From the sequence record NC_048045.1: a DNA stretch of 64,000 nucleotides, one strand, 5' to 3'. Below the pieces are notes generated by a model. That model made no database searches and was not told where the DNA came from. It worked only from the letters and a program-made list of their open reading frames with translations. The position numbers were made by a program, and so were the translations under genes. How positions within the stretch are numbered: position 1 is the first letter of the stretch; every line of letters starts with the position of its first letter. Below are positions 53,271 through 62,621 of this stretch, one piece after another.

Positions 53271-53897
53271 ATGCCCAAGCGGATCAAAGGCAAGCGCATC
53301 GCCCTGCACCAAGCCAAGGTGCTGGACGCCCAAGAGTTCCAGATGGTTCTCGACCGCGCCGAGCAGGGGGACAACCCGCTGCGCGACCGCGTGCTCTTCA
53401 AGCTCTCTTTCTATTGCGGCATGCGTGTCGCCGAGATCGCCGGCATGGAGTGGCGCAAGCACCTCCTCGACGCCAGCGGCCGGCTGCGTCCCGCCCTCCA
53501 CGTCACCCACGACATCGGCAAGAACGCCGTCGCCCGCCACGTCCCGATCGAGGCGTCGCTGGCGGCTGACCTGCGCGCCCTGCGCAAGGAACGCCCCAAC
53601 GACCGCTTCGTTATCTACCCGCTGCGCGCCTCGATGCGCGGTGGTCCCGAGAAGACCGACGCCAACACCCTGGCCCAGTATATGCGCCGCCTCTATCGTG
53701 AGGTCGGCCTGGACGGGGCCTCGTCGCACTCGGGTCGCCGCACCTTCATCACCGATCTGGCGCGCAAGGCGAACATGGCCGATTGCTCGCTCCGGGACAT
53801 CCAGGAGATGGTTGGTCACCGGCGGATCGAAACGACCGGGACCTATATCGAGACGAGCCCCCGCCAGGACCGGCTCGTCAACATGGTCCTGCGATAG
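53271..53897 (+). CDS. Tyrosine recombinase (catalytic domain only, XerC/D-like)
   Basis: CGMRVAEI (R), DIGK (K), SHSGRRT (HxxR), MVGH (H), TGTY (Y); GGAGG SD. Confidence 0.87.
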   Translation: MPKRIKGKRIALHQAKVLDAQEFQMVLDRAEQGDNPLRDRVLFKLSFYCGMRVAEIAGMEWRKHLLDASGRLRPALHVTHDIGKNAVARHVPIEASLAADLRALRKERPNDRFVIYPLRASMRGGPEKTDANTLAQYMRRLYREVGLDGASSHSGRRTFITDLARKANMADCSLRDIQEMVGHRRIETTGTYIETSPRQDRLVNMVLR

Positions 53898-53906
53898 GGG
53901 GCGGCG

Positions 53907-54314
53907 ATGACCTTCATCTGCACCGAACTGGACAACGCCACCCCCGTCGATCTGGACGCGGCCGAAGCCCTGCTCGCGCCGCGCGCCCGGCCCAACTTCG
54001 CCAAGGCCAAGGGCATCTGCCGTGAGTGCGGCGCGCCCAAGAACGAGCGCCGCCTGGGCGCAGACTTCTGCTCGGCCCGCTGCCGCTCGGACTTCCACAA
54101 CCGGGCCAAGATGGAGGGCGCCTCGATCGTCCACATCATCAAGCGCTGGCGCCGTTACCGCCGGCCCGGCGACTTCGCCCTGATGACCAAGATGGCCGAC
54201 GACCTGATCCGCATGGACAAGGCGCTCAACCGCAATTTCTACCCCGATCCGCCGACCACCGCCCACGCCAAGGTCGTCGCCACCAACATCGCCGGCCGCC
54301 GCCGGCGCGCCTGA
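53907..54314 (+). CDS. Hypothetical Zn-finger protein
   Basis: CRECG...FCSARC. Confidence 0.6.
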   Translation: MTFICTELDNATPVDLDAAEALLAPRARPNFAKAKGICRECGAPKNERRLGADFCSARCRSDFHNRAKMEGASIVHIIKRWRRYRRPGDFALMTKMADDLIRMDKALNRNFYPDPPTTAHAKVVATNIAGRRRRA

Positions 54315-54328
54315 AGAAGGAGTACAGC

Positions 54329-54583
54329 TTGAACCCACCCACCGAAAAGCCCGTCTACGCCATCGAGAGCGGGGGCTATCTGTTCGAGGTCCATCGGGCG
54401 CCGGACGATCACCCCCGCGCCTATCTGGGCTACTGCGACGGCGAACTGAGCGCCAGCGGCGACAGCGTCGGCGTGCTGCTGCGCGTCCTGGCCCGCAAGC
54501 ACGCGGCGCCCAAGCGCACGGCTCAGGTCATCGATTTCACCGCCGAAAAGCTCAAGCGCCTGCGCGCGGTGGTGGCGGCCTGA
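54329..54583 (+). CDS. Hypothetical protein
   Basis: GAAGGAG SD then TTG. Confidence 0.55.
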   Translation: MNPPTEKPVYAIESGGYLFEVHRAPDDHPRAYLGYCDGELSASGDSVGVLLRVLARKHAAPKRTAQVIDFTAEKLKRLRAVVAA

Positions 54584-54939
54584 TGGCGTCCGAAATAGAA
54601 GAGCGCCTGGACCCGAAACTGCTGGCTCCGCTGATCTACCGCTACTTCTACAATGGCCCCGTCGGCGGTGCGGCCCAACGGCTGGCGCGGATCATCCGCA
54701 ACCATGCCATGGGCTTGCCGATCATGACCTTCGACGAGGTGTTCGCCGAGTATCTCGCCGACCGCTTTGGCCTCGACGAGGACGCCATCGCCGCCGAGCG
54801 CGCCGTCTTCTGGAAGGCGATGAACGGCATGGGCGAGCCGGACCCGATCGACCGCTTTTACCGCTACGCCCAGGCCAAGGAACTCCTCGACTGCGTCAAG
54901 GTGACCCTCGAAAAACGTCGTCCGCAACAACTGTCATGA
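54583..54939 (+). CDS. Hypothetical protein
   Basis: TGATG coupling. Confidence 0.6.
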   Translation: MASEIEERLDPKLLAPLIYRYFYNGPVGGAAQRLARIIRNHAMGLPIMTFDEVFAEYLADRFGLDEDAIAAERAVFWKAMNGMGEPDPIDRFYRYAQAKELLDCVKVTLEKRRPQQLS

Positions 54940-54971
54940 ATCTTGACACCTGTCGGGAAAGGAGGCTAGAT
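54932..54971 (+). promoter_or_regulatory. Variant motif promoter of the primase gene
   Basis: TGTCATGAATCTTGACA followed by GCTAGAT. Confidence 0.55.
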
Positions 54972-55006
54972 GACCCCCGCCTTTCACCCCCGTCCCGACA
55001 GGCTTC

Positions 55007-58000
55007 ATGTCCGACCCCTTTGATTTCCTCGCCGCGCTGTTCGCGGCGCATGAAGGCCCGATCGCCTTCGAACACGACAACAAGACCGTCAAGACCCGCG
55101 AGCCTGAGTTCGTCGAGGATCATGCCGGCGCTCTGTATGTCTCGCCGTCCACGCCGGACGGCCGCGTCGCCTTCGTGTTCGGCTCTGACCAGGATGTCGA
55201 CCGCGACGCCTGGGAGTCGTTCCGTCTCAAGCCGACCGTGGTCCTCTACAAGGAGAAGACCGGCGACATGATCGTCGCCTGGGCCTTCGACGAGACCCAG
55301 GAACCCGACGATGTCCGCCGGCTGGCCGATGCCCTGGGCATGGCTGACCTGGAGGAGCCGATCCCGCTGCCGGGGACCAACGGCTGGGCCTTGGTCCACG
55401 CCGAGGAGAGCGACTACTACACGCTCGACGAGGTCGAACGCGTGTACGCGCCGGCCAAGAAGGTCGGCTACGACGATCCGCCCAAGAATCGGCAAAAAGA
55501 TCGGCAATTTTCTGACGCGCCTGCCGAGCAAGCCTCGGAAAAGTCTAAGAAAAAGGCTGCTTCTGACACCGGCAAGAAAACCGGCGCGGACGACCCGCCC
55601 TGGGACGAGGACCTGGGGACCTATGCCGACGCTCAGGTCAAGACGCCCTATGACGAGCGCGACCCGGCCCTGAGCCGTGAGATCATCGTCTCGGTCGGCG
55701 GCAACAGCAAGTCGATGAACTGGCAACCCAAGGCCATGCCGCTGGGCGCGTTCGTCGCCCAGTTCTGCCAGCACCGCGAGGGCGCCAAGGATGGCGTCTC
55801 CTTCGTCATGGGCGACATGGTCCCCGGCCAGCGCAAGAAGACGGCGGTCAAGGCCCTCTACGCGGTGGGCCTGGACGTCGACGTCGGCATGTCCTCGGCG
55901 GCGATCGACGCGGCGTTGAAGAAGTTCGGGCGCATGGCCGTGCGCTACACCACCCACTCGCACCTGAAGTCGGTCACGGACGTCAAGAAGGACGTCTTGA
56001 TCAAGTGGTGCGAGCAGGAAGCCGACGGCGCTGACTACGAGGAGGACGAGGTCCTCCAGCGCTACTTCCTGGCCAAGGACCTGATGACGCCGGAGATCGC
56101 CAAGACGGTCGAGTTCAACGGCACCGAGCACAAGGACGGCGGCATCATGGTGAGCGTCAAGCACGCTCCCATCGCCAAGCACCGGATCATCGTGCCGCTC
56201 GCCGAGGCGTTCGACATCTCCAAGGTCGCCCCGACCCAGAAGGAGGCGATGGAAAAGTGGGCCAAGGTTCCGACCGCGCTGGCGGCGGAACTGGGCGTGC
56301 CGCTCGACAAGTCGTGCCTGGACCCCTCGCGCCTCTTCTATCTGCCGCGTCACGCCAAGGGCAAGCCGTTCGAGGTCAGCCTGTTTGGTGGCGACCTCTT
56401 CGACTGGAAGAGCCTGACGCTCGACGACCCGTTCGAGGCCGAGATCGCCAAGCTCTCCAAGGGCACCAGCAAGTCCAAGACCGCCGCTGGCCGCGACCTC
56501 GGCCGCTGGTCGATGAAGGCCGCCCACGGCTTCCAGGTCGTGCAGGTGATGGAGGAGCACTGCCCCGACAAGCTGCGCCATCAAGTCTCGACCGGCTACG
56601 AGATCGAGTGCCCGTTTGACGACCTGCACTCCAATGCCGGCGACACCGAAGACCGCGCCTGTCTGGCGGTCAACGCCGGCGATGGCCCCAGCGAGTGGTT
56701 CACCGTCCGCTGCCAACACGAGTCCTGCCGCGAGTTCACCAACCTCGACATGCTGGGCAAGATGGTCGAGGACGGCTGGTTCGACCGCGCCTGCCTGGAC
56801 GACGAGGACTACAACATCGTCGAGGCCGAGAACGCGCCCAACCCGGTCGCGGCCAAGCGCATCGAGACCGAGGACAAGGCCAAGGAAGCCTACATGCAGG
56901 CGATCTTCGACCTGCCTCAGATCGACTTCACCGACGACGACGTCGACAAGGTGGTGCGCATCTGTTGCGAGGCCGCCCTGGGGACCCTGGCCGAGAACAA
57001 GGCCAAGGACGCCCTCAAGGCGCGCCTGGGCGTCAACGGCACGGTCATCAACAAGATGTTCAAGGACATGAAGGCGAGCCTCGCCCGTGAACAGAACGTC
57101 GAGGGCACGGTCAAGGACCCCCTGGGCCGCAGCATCTTCTCCTATGCCGGCGAGTTCAACTTCGACGAGGCGTTCTCCTGCTGCTTCCGGGCGCTGCTGA
57201 ACACCAACCGCGAGAAGGACCAGCCGATCTTCTCCTGCTTGCAGGACAAGCCGGTCCGGATGGCGACGGATGTCGATGGGCGCCTGAAGTTCACCGAGAT
57301 CGGGGCCTCGGCCGCGATGAACGCCGAACTGAACGAGCTTGTCACCTTCGTGCGCAAGAACGATCAGGGCACGGGCGCTCGCGGCCGGGTGCCCGACGAC
57401 GTCGCCCGCCACGTCTACGAGAAGTGCTATACCCGCCTGCCTCGGACGCCCGAGATCATGTACACCCCGATCTACACGGCCGACGGTGACCTGATCCGCA
57501 AGCCGGGCTGGTATCAGAACCTGGACATCATGATGGCCGACATCGGCTTCCAGGTGCCCAAGGTCTATAGCGACCCGACGCCCGAGGAGGTCCAAGAGGC
57601 CGTGCGCCTGCTGACCGACGACGTGCTGATCGACTTCCCGTTCCTGGACTACGACACCCAGGGCAACGAGCGTCGTGAGCCGTCGCTGGCCAACGCCCTG
57701 GCGATGCTGATCACCCCGTTCATGCGCCGCATGATCGATAGCTGCACGCCGGTGTTCTTCGTCTCCAAGCCCACGCCCGGCACGGGTGGGACATTCCTGG
57801 GCATGGTGCCGATCATCCTCTTCGACGGGGAAGAGCCGGCCCCGATCCGCTATACTCAGAACGAAGAAGAGATGCAGAAAGCTCTTCTGGCTTCGCTGAT
57901 GAATTCGAAGGCCTACTTGTTCTTCGATGACGTCAAGGAGTTTAACAATCGGGTGCTCCTGATGGCGATTACTTCCCGCTATATTGGCGGGCGGGTGCTG

Positions 58001-58663
58001 GGTTCCTCGAAGAACATCGAGATGCCTAACAACTCGATCTGGATCGCCACCGGCAACAACCCCTTGATCTCCTCGGAAATGGCGCGGCGGGTGGTCGACA
58101 TCCGCCTGAACGCCAAGACCTCGGACATCCAGAAGCGGACCTACCGCCACCCCGACTACGTCCAGTGGCTCAAGGCCAACCGGGGCGAGATCGTCCATGC
58201 GATCCTGACCCTGATCGCCCACTGGATCAACTGCGGGATGCCCAAGTTCACGGCGCGCAAGCGCGCCTCGTTCGAGGACTGGTCCGAGAAGGTCGGCGGC
58301 GTGCTGATGTGCGCCAACATCGACGGCTTCCTGGACAACCGCCGCTCGGTGGCCGCCGACATGGATGAGGCCGCCATCAAGCAGTTCGTCCGCGACTGGC
58401 TGCTGAAGTGGGGCGAGAAGGCTCCGGTCAAGATTTCCGACCTGTGGAGCTACGCGTTCGACATGGAACTCGACATCGTGTCGGGCGCCAACGACGACCA
58501 GAAGAAGGCCCGCTTCATGCGCATCCTTCCGACCCTGGACGGCCGGACGTTCAAGATGCCGCGCGGCGACTGCATGGTCCGCGCCGGCTCCGACATCGAC
58601 GGCAACGTCACCTATCATCTGGAGCGCTTGAGCGCGCCGGAGGAGGTCCTGGAGACTGCCTGA
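55007..58663 (+). CDS. Large primase (AEP-type) with Zn-binding domain and degenerate P-loop helicase domain
   Basis: GLDVD, RYTTHSH, RIIVPL and DPSRLFYLP AEP-like motifs; CPFDDLH...C...CQHESC; KPTPGTGGT, FFDDV, IATGNN. Confidence 0.7.
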   Translation: MSDPFDFLAALFAAHEGPIAFEHDNKTVKTREPEFVEDHAGALYVSPSTPDGRVAFVFGSDQDVDRDAWESFRLKPTVVLYKEKTGDMIVAWAFDETQEPDDVRRLADALGMADLEEPIPLPGTNGWALVHAEESDYYTLDEVERVYAPAKKVGYDDPPKNRQKDRQFSDAPAEQASEKSKKKAASDTGKKTGADDPPWDEDLGTYADAQVKTPYDERDPALSREIIVSVGGNSKSMNWQPKAMPLGAFVAQFCQHREGAKDGVSFVMGDMVPGQRKKTAVKALYAVGLDVDVGMSSAAIDAALKKFGRMAVRYTTHSHLKSVTDVKKDVLIKWCEQEADGADYEEDEVLQRYFLAKDLMTPEIAKTVEFNGTEHKDGGIMVSVKHAPIAKHRIIVPLAEAFDISKVAPTQKEAMEKWAKVPTALAAELGVPLDKSCLDPSRLFYLPRHAKGKPFEVSLFGGDLFDWKSLTLDDPFEAEIAKLSKGTSKSKTAAGRDLGRWSMKAAHGFQVVQVMEEHCPDKLRHQVSTGYEIECPFDDLHSNAGDTEDRACLAVNAGDGPSEWFTVRCQHESCREFTNLDMLGKMVEDGWFDRACLDDEDYNIVEAENAPNPVAAKRIETEDKAKEAYMQAIFDLPQIDFTDDDVDKVVRICCEAALGTLAENKAKDALKARLGVNGTVINKMFKDMKASLAREQNVEGTVKDPLGRSIFSYAGEFNFDEAFSCCFRALLNTNREKDQPIFSCLQDKPVRMATDVDGRLKFTEIGASAAMNAELNELVTFVRKNDQGTGARGRVPDDVARHVYEKCYTRLPRTPEIMYTPIYTADGDLIRKPGWYQNLDIMMADIGFQVPKVYSDPTPEEVQEAVRLLTDDVLIDFPFLDYDTQGNERREPSLANALAMLITPFMRRMIDSCTPVFFVSKPTPGTGGTFLGMVPIILFDGEEPAPIRYTQNEEEMQKALLASLMNSKAYLFFDDVKEFNNRVLLMAITSRYIGGRVLGSSKNIEMPNNSIWIATGNNPLISSEMARRVVDIRLNAKTSDIQKRTYRHPDYVQWLKANRGEIVHAILTLIAHWINCGMPKFTARKRASFEDWSEKVGGVLMCANIDGFLDNRRSVAADMDEAAIKQFVRDWLLKWGEKAPVKISDLWSYAFDMELDIVSGANDDQKKARFMRILPTLDGRTFKMPRGDCMVRAGSDIDGNVTYHLERLSAPEEVLETA

Positions 58664-58688
58664 CGGGGGTGAGTGCTCCAGGACTACG

Positions 58689-58721
58689 AAAAAGGCCCCA
58701 GGAGCGATCCTGGGGCCTTTT
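58689..58721. terminator. Bidirectional terminator, GCGA loop
   Basis: AAAAAGGCCCCAGGA-GCGA-TCCTGGGGCCTTTT. Confidence 0.85.
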
Positions 58722-58732
58722 GAGTAGGCGGC

Positions 58733-59122
58733 TTAGAGCCAGACCACCCGAGGCGGCTTGCCGCGCTCCCGGACGATCCTGACATCGCCGGAGGCGACGA
58801 GCTTGGCGAACATCTTGTCGAGCGACGAGGTCTTGGTCTTGCCCTTCTGGGCGGCCTGGGCGCGCCGGCGCTGGCGGCGGTTCATCTGCCCTTCATCCGC
58901 GAAGGCGTTATTGGTGCTGTCGGCCTCGGTCCCCCGACCGTAGCTCATCTCGAACGCGCCCGATTGGAGGTCCTGGCGGCTCAGACTGCCGCTGGAGATC
59001 GCTTGGTCCAGGACGGCGATCGCGTCGGGCGGGTACTTGTCGCGGACGGCCTCCAGATAGGCCGCCTTCTCCTCAGGAGAGATGGCCTCGGCCGGATCAA
59101 GGGTGGAGGGGTGGGGCGTCAT
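58733..59122 (-). CDS. Hypothetical protein
   Basis: GGAG SD; ends at the terminator. Confidence 0.6.
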   Translation of the reverse strand: MTPHPSTLDPAEAISPEEKAAYLEAVRDKYPPDAIAVLDQAISSGSLSRQDLQSGAFEMSYGRGTEADSTNNAFADEGQMNRRQRRRAQAAQKGKTKTSSLDKMFAKLVASGDVRIVRERGKPPRVVWL

Positions 59123-59237
59123 GAAAATCTCCAGAGGCGGGAATGTCGCCCTTCATGACACGCCCCGCAGTAGACGTAAAGTGTTGACAGACGACACTCG
59201 ATCCCGGTATGTGATCCTTGTACGGTAAGGGAAACCG

Positions 59238-59837
59238 ATGAACGACGACGATTTGGACTGGCAGGATGGCGAGCTTTCGCCGCCCCGCGCTCCGGTCACG
59301 ACCAAGGACATCGCCGATGTCGCCCAGGCTCCGGCTGGCGGGCGGATGGCGGCGATGCGCGAGGCGGGGGATGCGCATCGGCGCGACTTCCTGCTTCTGC
59401 GTGGTCCGCTGGGCGTTGTCCGTCTGTCGCTCGCGCACATCCCAGCGCTGCACGCTCTTTGGCGGGTCTGGACGCGCAAGCGCACGGCCCAGGCCGCCGA
59501 CCCTGGCGCCAGTCTTGCAGAGATCGGCGAGGAGATGAATTTGCCGGCGGCCTCGGTGCGTCCGATGGTCGTCAGCCTGCTCAAGAACCGACTCATCCGG
59601 ACGCGGCGCAGCCACCACGGATGGCAAGGGGTGCGGGCGACCTACTACCCGTCGGCGATCGCCGTCCAGGCCCTGGCCTTGGCGGAGGTCCTCGGTCCGG
59701 GGCATGCGGTTCAGGTGGGGCGTAACGCCTCGGCCTGGGCCAACCGCAGCCTGACCGAACCCGGCAATTTGTTCCAACACGCCGCCTTGTTGCGCGGCGG
59801 GGCTCCCCTCGGGGCCTCCGAGACGGAGTATTCATGA
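59238..59837 (+). CDS. Putative winged-helix DNA-binding protein
   Basis: SLAEIGEEMNLPAASVRPMVVSLLKNRLI...RATYY; TTGACA promoter at 59184. Confidence 0.55.
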   Translation: MNDDDLDWQDGELSPPRAPVTTKDIADVAQAPAGGRMAAMREAGDAHRRDFLLLRGPLGVVRLSLAHIPALHALWRVWTRKRTAQAADPGASLAEIGEEMNLPAASVRPMVVSLLKNRLIRTRRSHHGWQGVRATYYPSAIAVQALALAEVLGPGHAVQVGRNASAWANRSLTEPGNLFQHAALLRGGAPLGASETEYS

Positions 59838-59838
59838 G

Positions 59839-60255
59839 ATGCCGCAACGCCAAAAAGACGACCAAGCCCAAGCCGCCAAGCCCCCTGGGGTTAAGGGAGG
59901 CTCGCAGCCTGGAAGTCCTCAAGGCGAGGCCACCCAGGGCGCGGTGCTTCTGAGCCCCGAGGCGATCGGTCAGATCGGCGAGGCGCTCGGTGGTCGGACC
60001 CACTGGCAGGCCTCGATCGCGCGCCGCGTCGGCGTCTCCAAGTCGCAGATCACCCGCTACCTCAACGGGGATCGCACGCCCAACACCGCGCTGGGCGACA
60101 GCTATCTCGAACTGATGGTCGACAACATCGAGGAGCTTTCGGAGCTTCTGGCGACGCCGGGCTTGCCCCAGGCCGATAGTCCTGAGGTCAGCGAGGCCCG
60201 CCGCCACATCGAGCAAGCCGTGCGCCTCCTGCGCGAAAAAGTTCTCTACATCTGA
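59839..60255 (+). CDS. XRE-type HTH protein
   Basis: WQASIARRVGVSKSQITRYLNGDRTP. Confidence 0.7.
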   Translation: MPQRQKDDQAQAAKPPGVKGGSQPGSPQGEATQGAVLLSPEAIGQIGEALGGRTHWQASIARRVGVSKSQITRYLNGDRTPNTALGDSYLELMVDNIEELSELLATPGLPQADSPEVSEARRHIEQAVRLLREKVLYI

Positions 60256-60263
60256 AGGACCCC

Positions 60264-60725
60264 ATGACCACCCTGATCGAACAACTCCGCAACGACGCCC
60301 TGGCCGCGCGCAAGGCCGCCGTCAAGAAGGAAGCCGGCGGCGAGCACGCCGCGCTCCTGGCCTCGGTCGCGTCCGACGCCACCATGATCGGCAAGAACGA
60401 CCGGGCCGCGCCCGGCCGCGAGCCGACCGATGACGAAACCGCCAAGGTCGTGAAGAAGTACATCGCCGGCCTGGAGACCTCGATCGAGGCGGCCCGCAGC
60501 GAGGAGGAGCGTTCGCGCTTCATCGTCGAGAAGCGGCGCCTGGAGGGCTTCCTGCCGCAGATGCTCGATGGCGGTCATCTGACCGATGCGATCCACGTCA
60601 CCCTGGCCAAGCTGGGCGTCGAGCGCGACGTCAAGAGCACCAAGGCGGTGGTCGCCGATCTGCAAGAGACCTATCCCGGTCAGATTGACCCGGCGGCCGT
60701 CTCGCGCTACCTTCGCAACGTCTGA
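60264..60725 (+). CDS. YqeY/GatB-domain protein
   Basis: EQLRNDALAARK...PTDDE...VKKY...E...LEGFLPQML...G.ID pattern of YqeY. Confidence 0.7.
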   Translation: MTTLIEQLRNDALAARKAAVKKEAGGEHAALLASVASDATMIGKNDRAAPGREPTDDETAKVVKKYIAGLETSIEAARSEEERSRFIVEKRRLEGFLPQMLDGGHLTDAIHVTLAKLGVERDVKSTKAVVADLQETYPGQIDPAAVSRYLRNV

Positions 60726-60752
60726 TCCCAGACGAAATCCCAACCAGAACTC

Positions 60753-60782
60753 AAAAGGCCCCGGAGCGATCCGAGGCCTTTT
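60753..60782. terminator. Bidirectional terminator, GCGA loop
   Basis: AAAAGGCCCCGGA-GCGA-TCCGAGGCCTTTT. Confidence 0.8.
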
Positions 60783-60794
60783 CTTCGTCCAGGT

Positions 60795-61103
60795 CTATGC
60801 TGGCGGATCGCCGTAGATGACGGGGTAGCGTGCCCGGACGTCCGGCGCGGTGAAGTCGCCGCCATCCTTGAGGCACTCCCGCGCCCGCATGACGGTGTGG
60901 TCGTAGAGTGTCAGAAGCTCCTCGCGCGTCAGCGCCATCAGGGCGTTGGTGAACCAGACCCGCTGGGAGCCGTGGACCTCGGTCCGATCAAACTCCAGCG
61001 GCGCGGTCAAGAAGACCTGATGGGCGCGATCGTCGCGCCAGTTGGCGGTCTTGAGCGCCCGCTGGAGCAGGTCCATGGGGTTGACGGGATCAAGCGGCGT
61101 CAT
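60795..61103 (-). CDS. Hypothetical protein
   Basis: AGGAGG SD before ATG 61103. Confidence 0.6.
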   Translation of the reverse strand: MTPLDPVNPMDLLQRALKTANWRDDRAHQVFLTAPLEFDRTEVHGSQRVWFTNALMALTREELLTLYDHTVMRARECLKDGGDFTAPDVRARYPVIYGDPPA

Positions 61104-62163
61104 CGTCGGCCGCCTCCTGCTGGGCCAGCCAATCGGCGTAGAGCGCTTGAAGGACCTTGACGCGGGCGCCGTCCATGTCGGACGGATCACGCAGGCCCTC
61201 GAACACCCCGTGGCGCGGCAGGTCGTAGTCGCCGGCCAGGGCATAGCTCATCTTGACGAACTGGCCCAGCGGTGGATTGGCGTAGAACTCGGCCTTGTTC
61301 TTGTCGTTCAGCCCCGAAGCGACGCGCGCGACCTCGCCCGGCCATTCGGGGAAGATCACCAGGAGCTTGCCGGCGCGACCCTTGGCGGCCTTGTTCGCCT
61401 TGTGGGTCGAGCGCTTGGTGTAGCCGCGCTCATCGAGCGTCGCCTCGTTGTTGTTGGCGAACTCCTCCTCGACGCCGACGCAGACGCCCTCCAGGTCGGC
61501 CTTGTCCTTGGCCTTGACGTTGTAGCCCTCCAGGACCGTCGAGCGGCCCGGCTTGTAGGGGCCGTCGAGCGCGCAGAAGATCAGGCCCTCGTCGTCGTTC
61601 TCCAGCGCCTCGCGGTACATCGCCAGCGCCTCCTCGGCGTTGCGAAGCAGGCGCTGCTCCAGGACCACCACCCACGACGGCAGGGAGAGTTCCAGGGCCT
61701 TGAGAGCGTTCAGACGCTCGGTCTTGCCGCCCGGCGTCAGGAAGTGCTCGAAGACGTAATAGCGGATGTCCGGCTCGCCAGCCTGGGTCATCACCGCCGA
61801 GGTCGACCCCCGGAAGTTCAGCTTGCCGTCGACCAGGATGCCGATCTCGCCGTCCAGGCCGTGCGGCAGCGTCGACAGCAGCTTGCGCACATGCAGGTTG
61901 GGGATGTATTTCAGTGAGCGGGTGATGCCATGGCCGATCACGTCGCGCTCGCTGGTCACCCAGCCGGTCTCGGTATGGGTGATCACGTCCGCGATCTTGT
62001 CGGGATGCACCGGCGAGACGCTGGCGCGAACCCCATCCTTCTTGAAGGACCCGTAGCACGGGAACTGGATGCGTGTTTCGAATTCGCTCGGCTTGACCGA
62101 GTCGGTGTCGGCCAGGGCGATCCGGAAGCGCCCGTAGAGCTTGGGCTTCTTGGTCTTGCTCAT
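61090..62163 (-). CDS. ATP-dependent DNA ligase
   Basis: KKDGVR (KxDGxR adenylation motif), LDGEI, YYVFE, EGLI, PRHGVF. Confidence 0.87.
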   Translation of the reverse strand: MSKTKKPKLYGRFRIALADTDSVKPSEFETRIQFPCYGSFKKDGVRASVSPVHPDKIADVITHTETGWVTSERDVIGHGITRSLKYIPNLHVRKLLSTLPHGLDGEIGILVDGKLNFRGSTSAVMTQAGEPDIRYYVFEHFLTPGGKTERLNALKALELSLPSWVVVLEQRLLRNAEEALAMYREALENDDEGLIFCALDGPYKPGRSTVLEGYNVKAKDKADLEGVCVGVEEEFANNNEATLDERGYTKRSTHKANKAAKGRAGKLLVIFPEWPGEVARVASGLNDKNKAEFYANPPLGQFVKMSYALAGDYDLPRHGVFEGLRDPSDMDGARVKVLQALYADWLAQQEAADDDAA

Positions 62164-62621
62164 CTCAATTTCCCCTCGATCAACTTGAGGCCGGGTTGGT
62201 CCCGGTCCATCTGGTAGACGGTGTAGCGATCGCCGTCGAACTCGACGCTGTAGACCCGGATGCCGGCGTTGAGGCACTGCATCCACATGTCCCGCGTGCC
62301 CGGCCCGCCGGGGAACGCCACGCAGACGTCGGGCTGGCTGGTCTCACGCATGCGGGTGTTGCGGCGCTTGGGCGCATCGTCGCCCTCGCCGTCCAGCGCG
62401 GGGTCGACCTTGTAGACCTCGGTGGCGAACCCCCACTTCTTGGCCCAGGCCCGGCAGAGCCGGTCATAGCCCACTGCATCACCGTCGACCCAGATCATGT
62501 CGCGCGGCCAGCGCAGCGCCGAGACCAGGGCCGACAGCACCAGGGTGGGCGCGACCTCGACGACGCCGACCCGGCCGCCGCAGACCACCGCCACGAACGG
62601 GCGTTCAGCTTCAGGCGTCAT
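62160..62621 (-). CDS. SLOG/YspA-like (DUF2493) protein
   Basis: VVCGGR, DGDAVGYDRL, APKRRNTRM, VAFPGGPGTRDM. Confidence 0.75.
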   Translation of the reverse strand: MTPEAERPFVAVVCGGRVGVVEVAPTLVLSALVSALRWPRDMIWVDGDAVGYDRLCRAWAKKWGFATEVYKVDPALDGEGDDAPKRRNTRMRETSQPDVCVAFPGGPGTRDMWMQCLNAGIRVYSVEFDGDRYTVYQMDRDQPGLKLIEGKLR

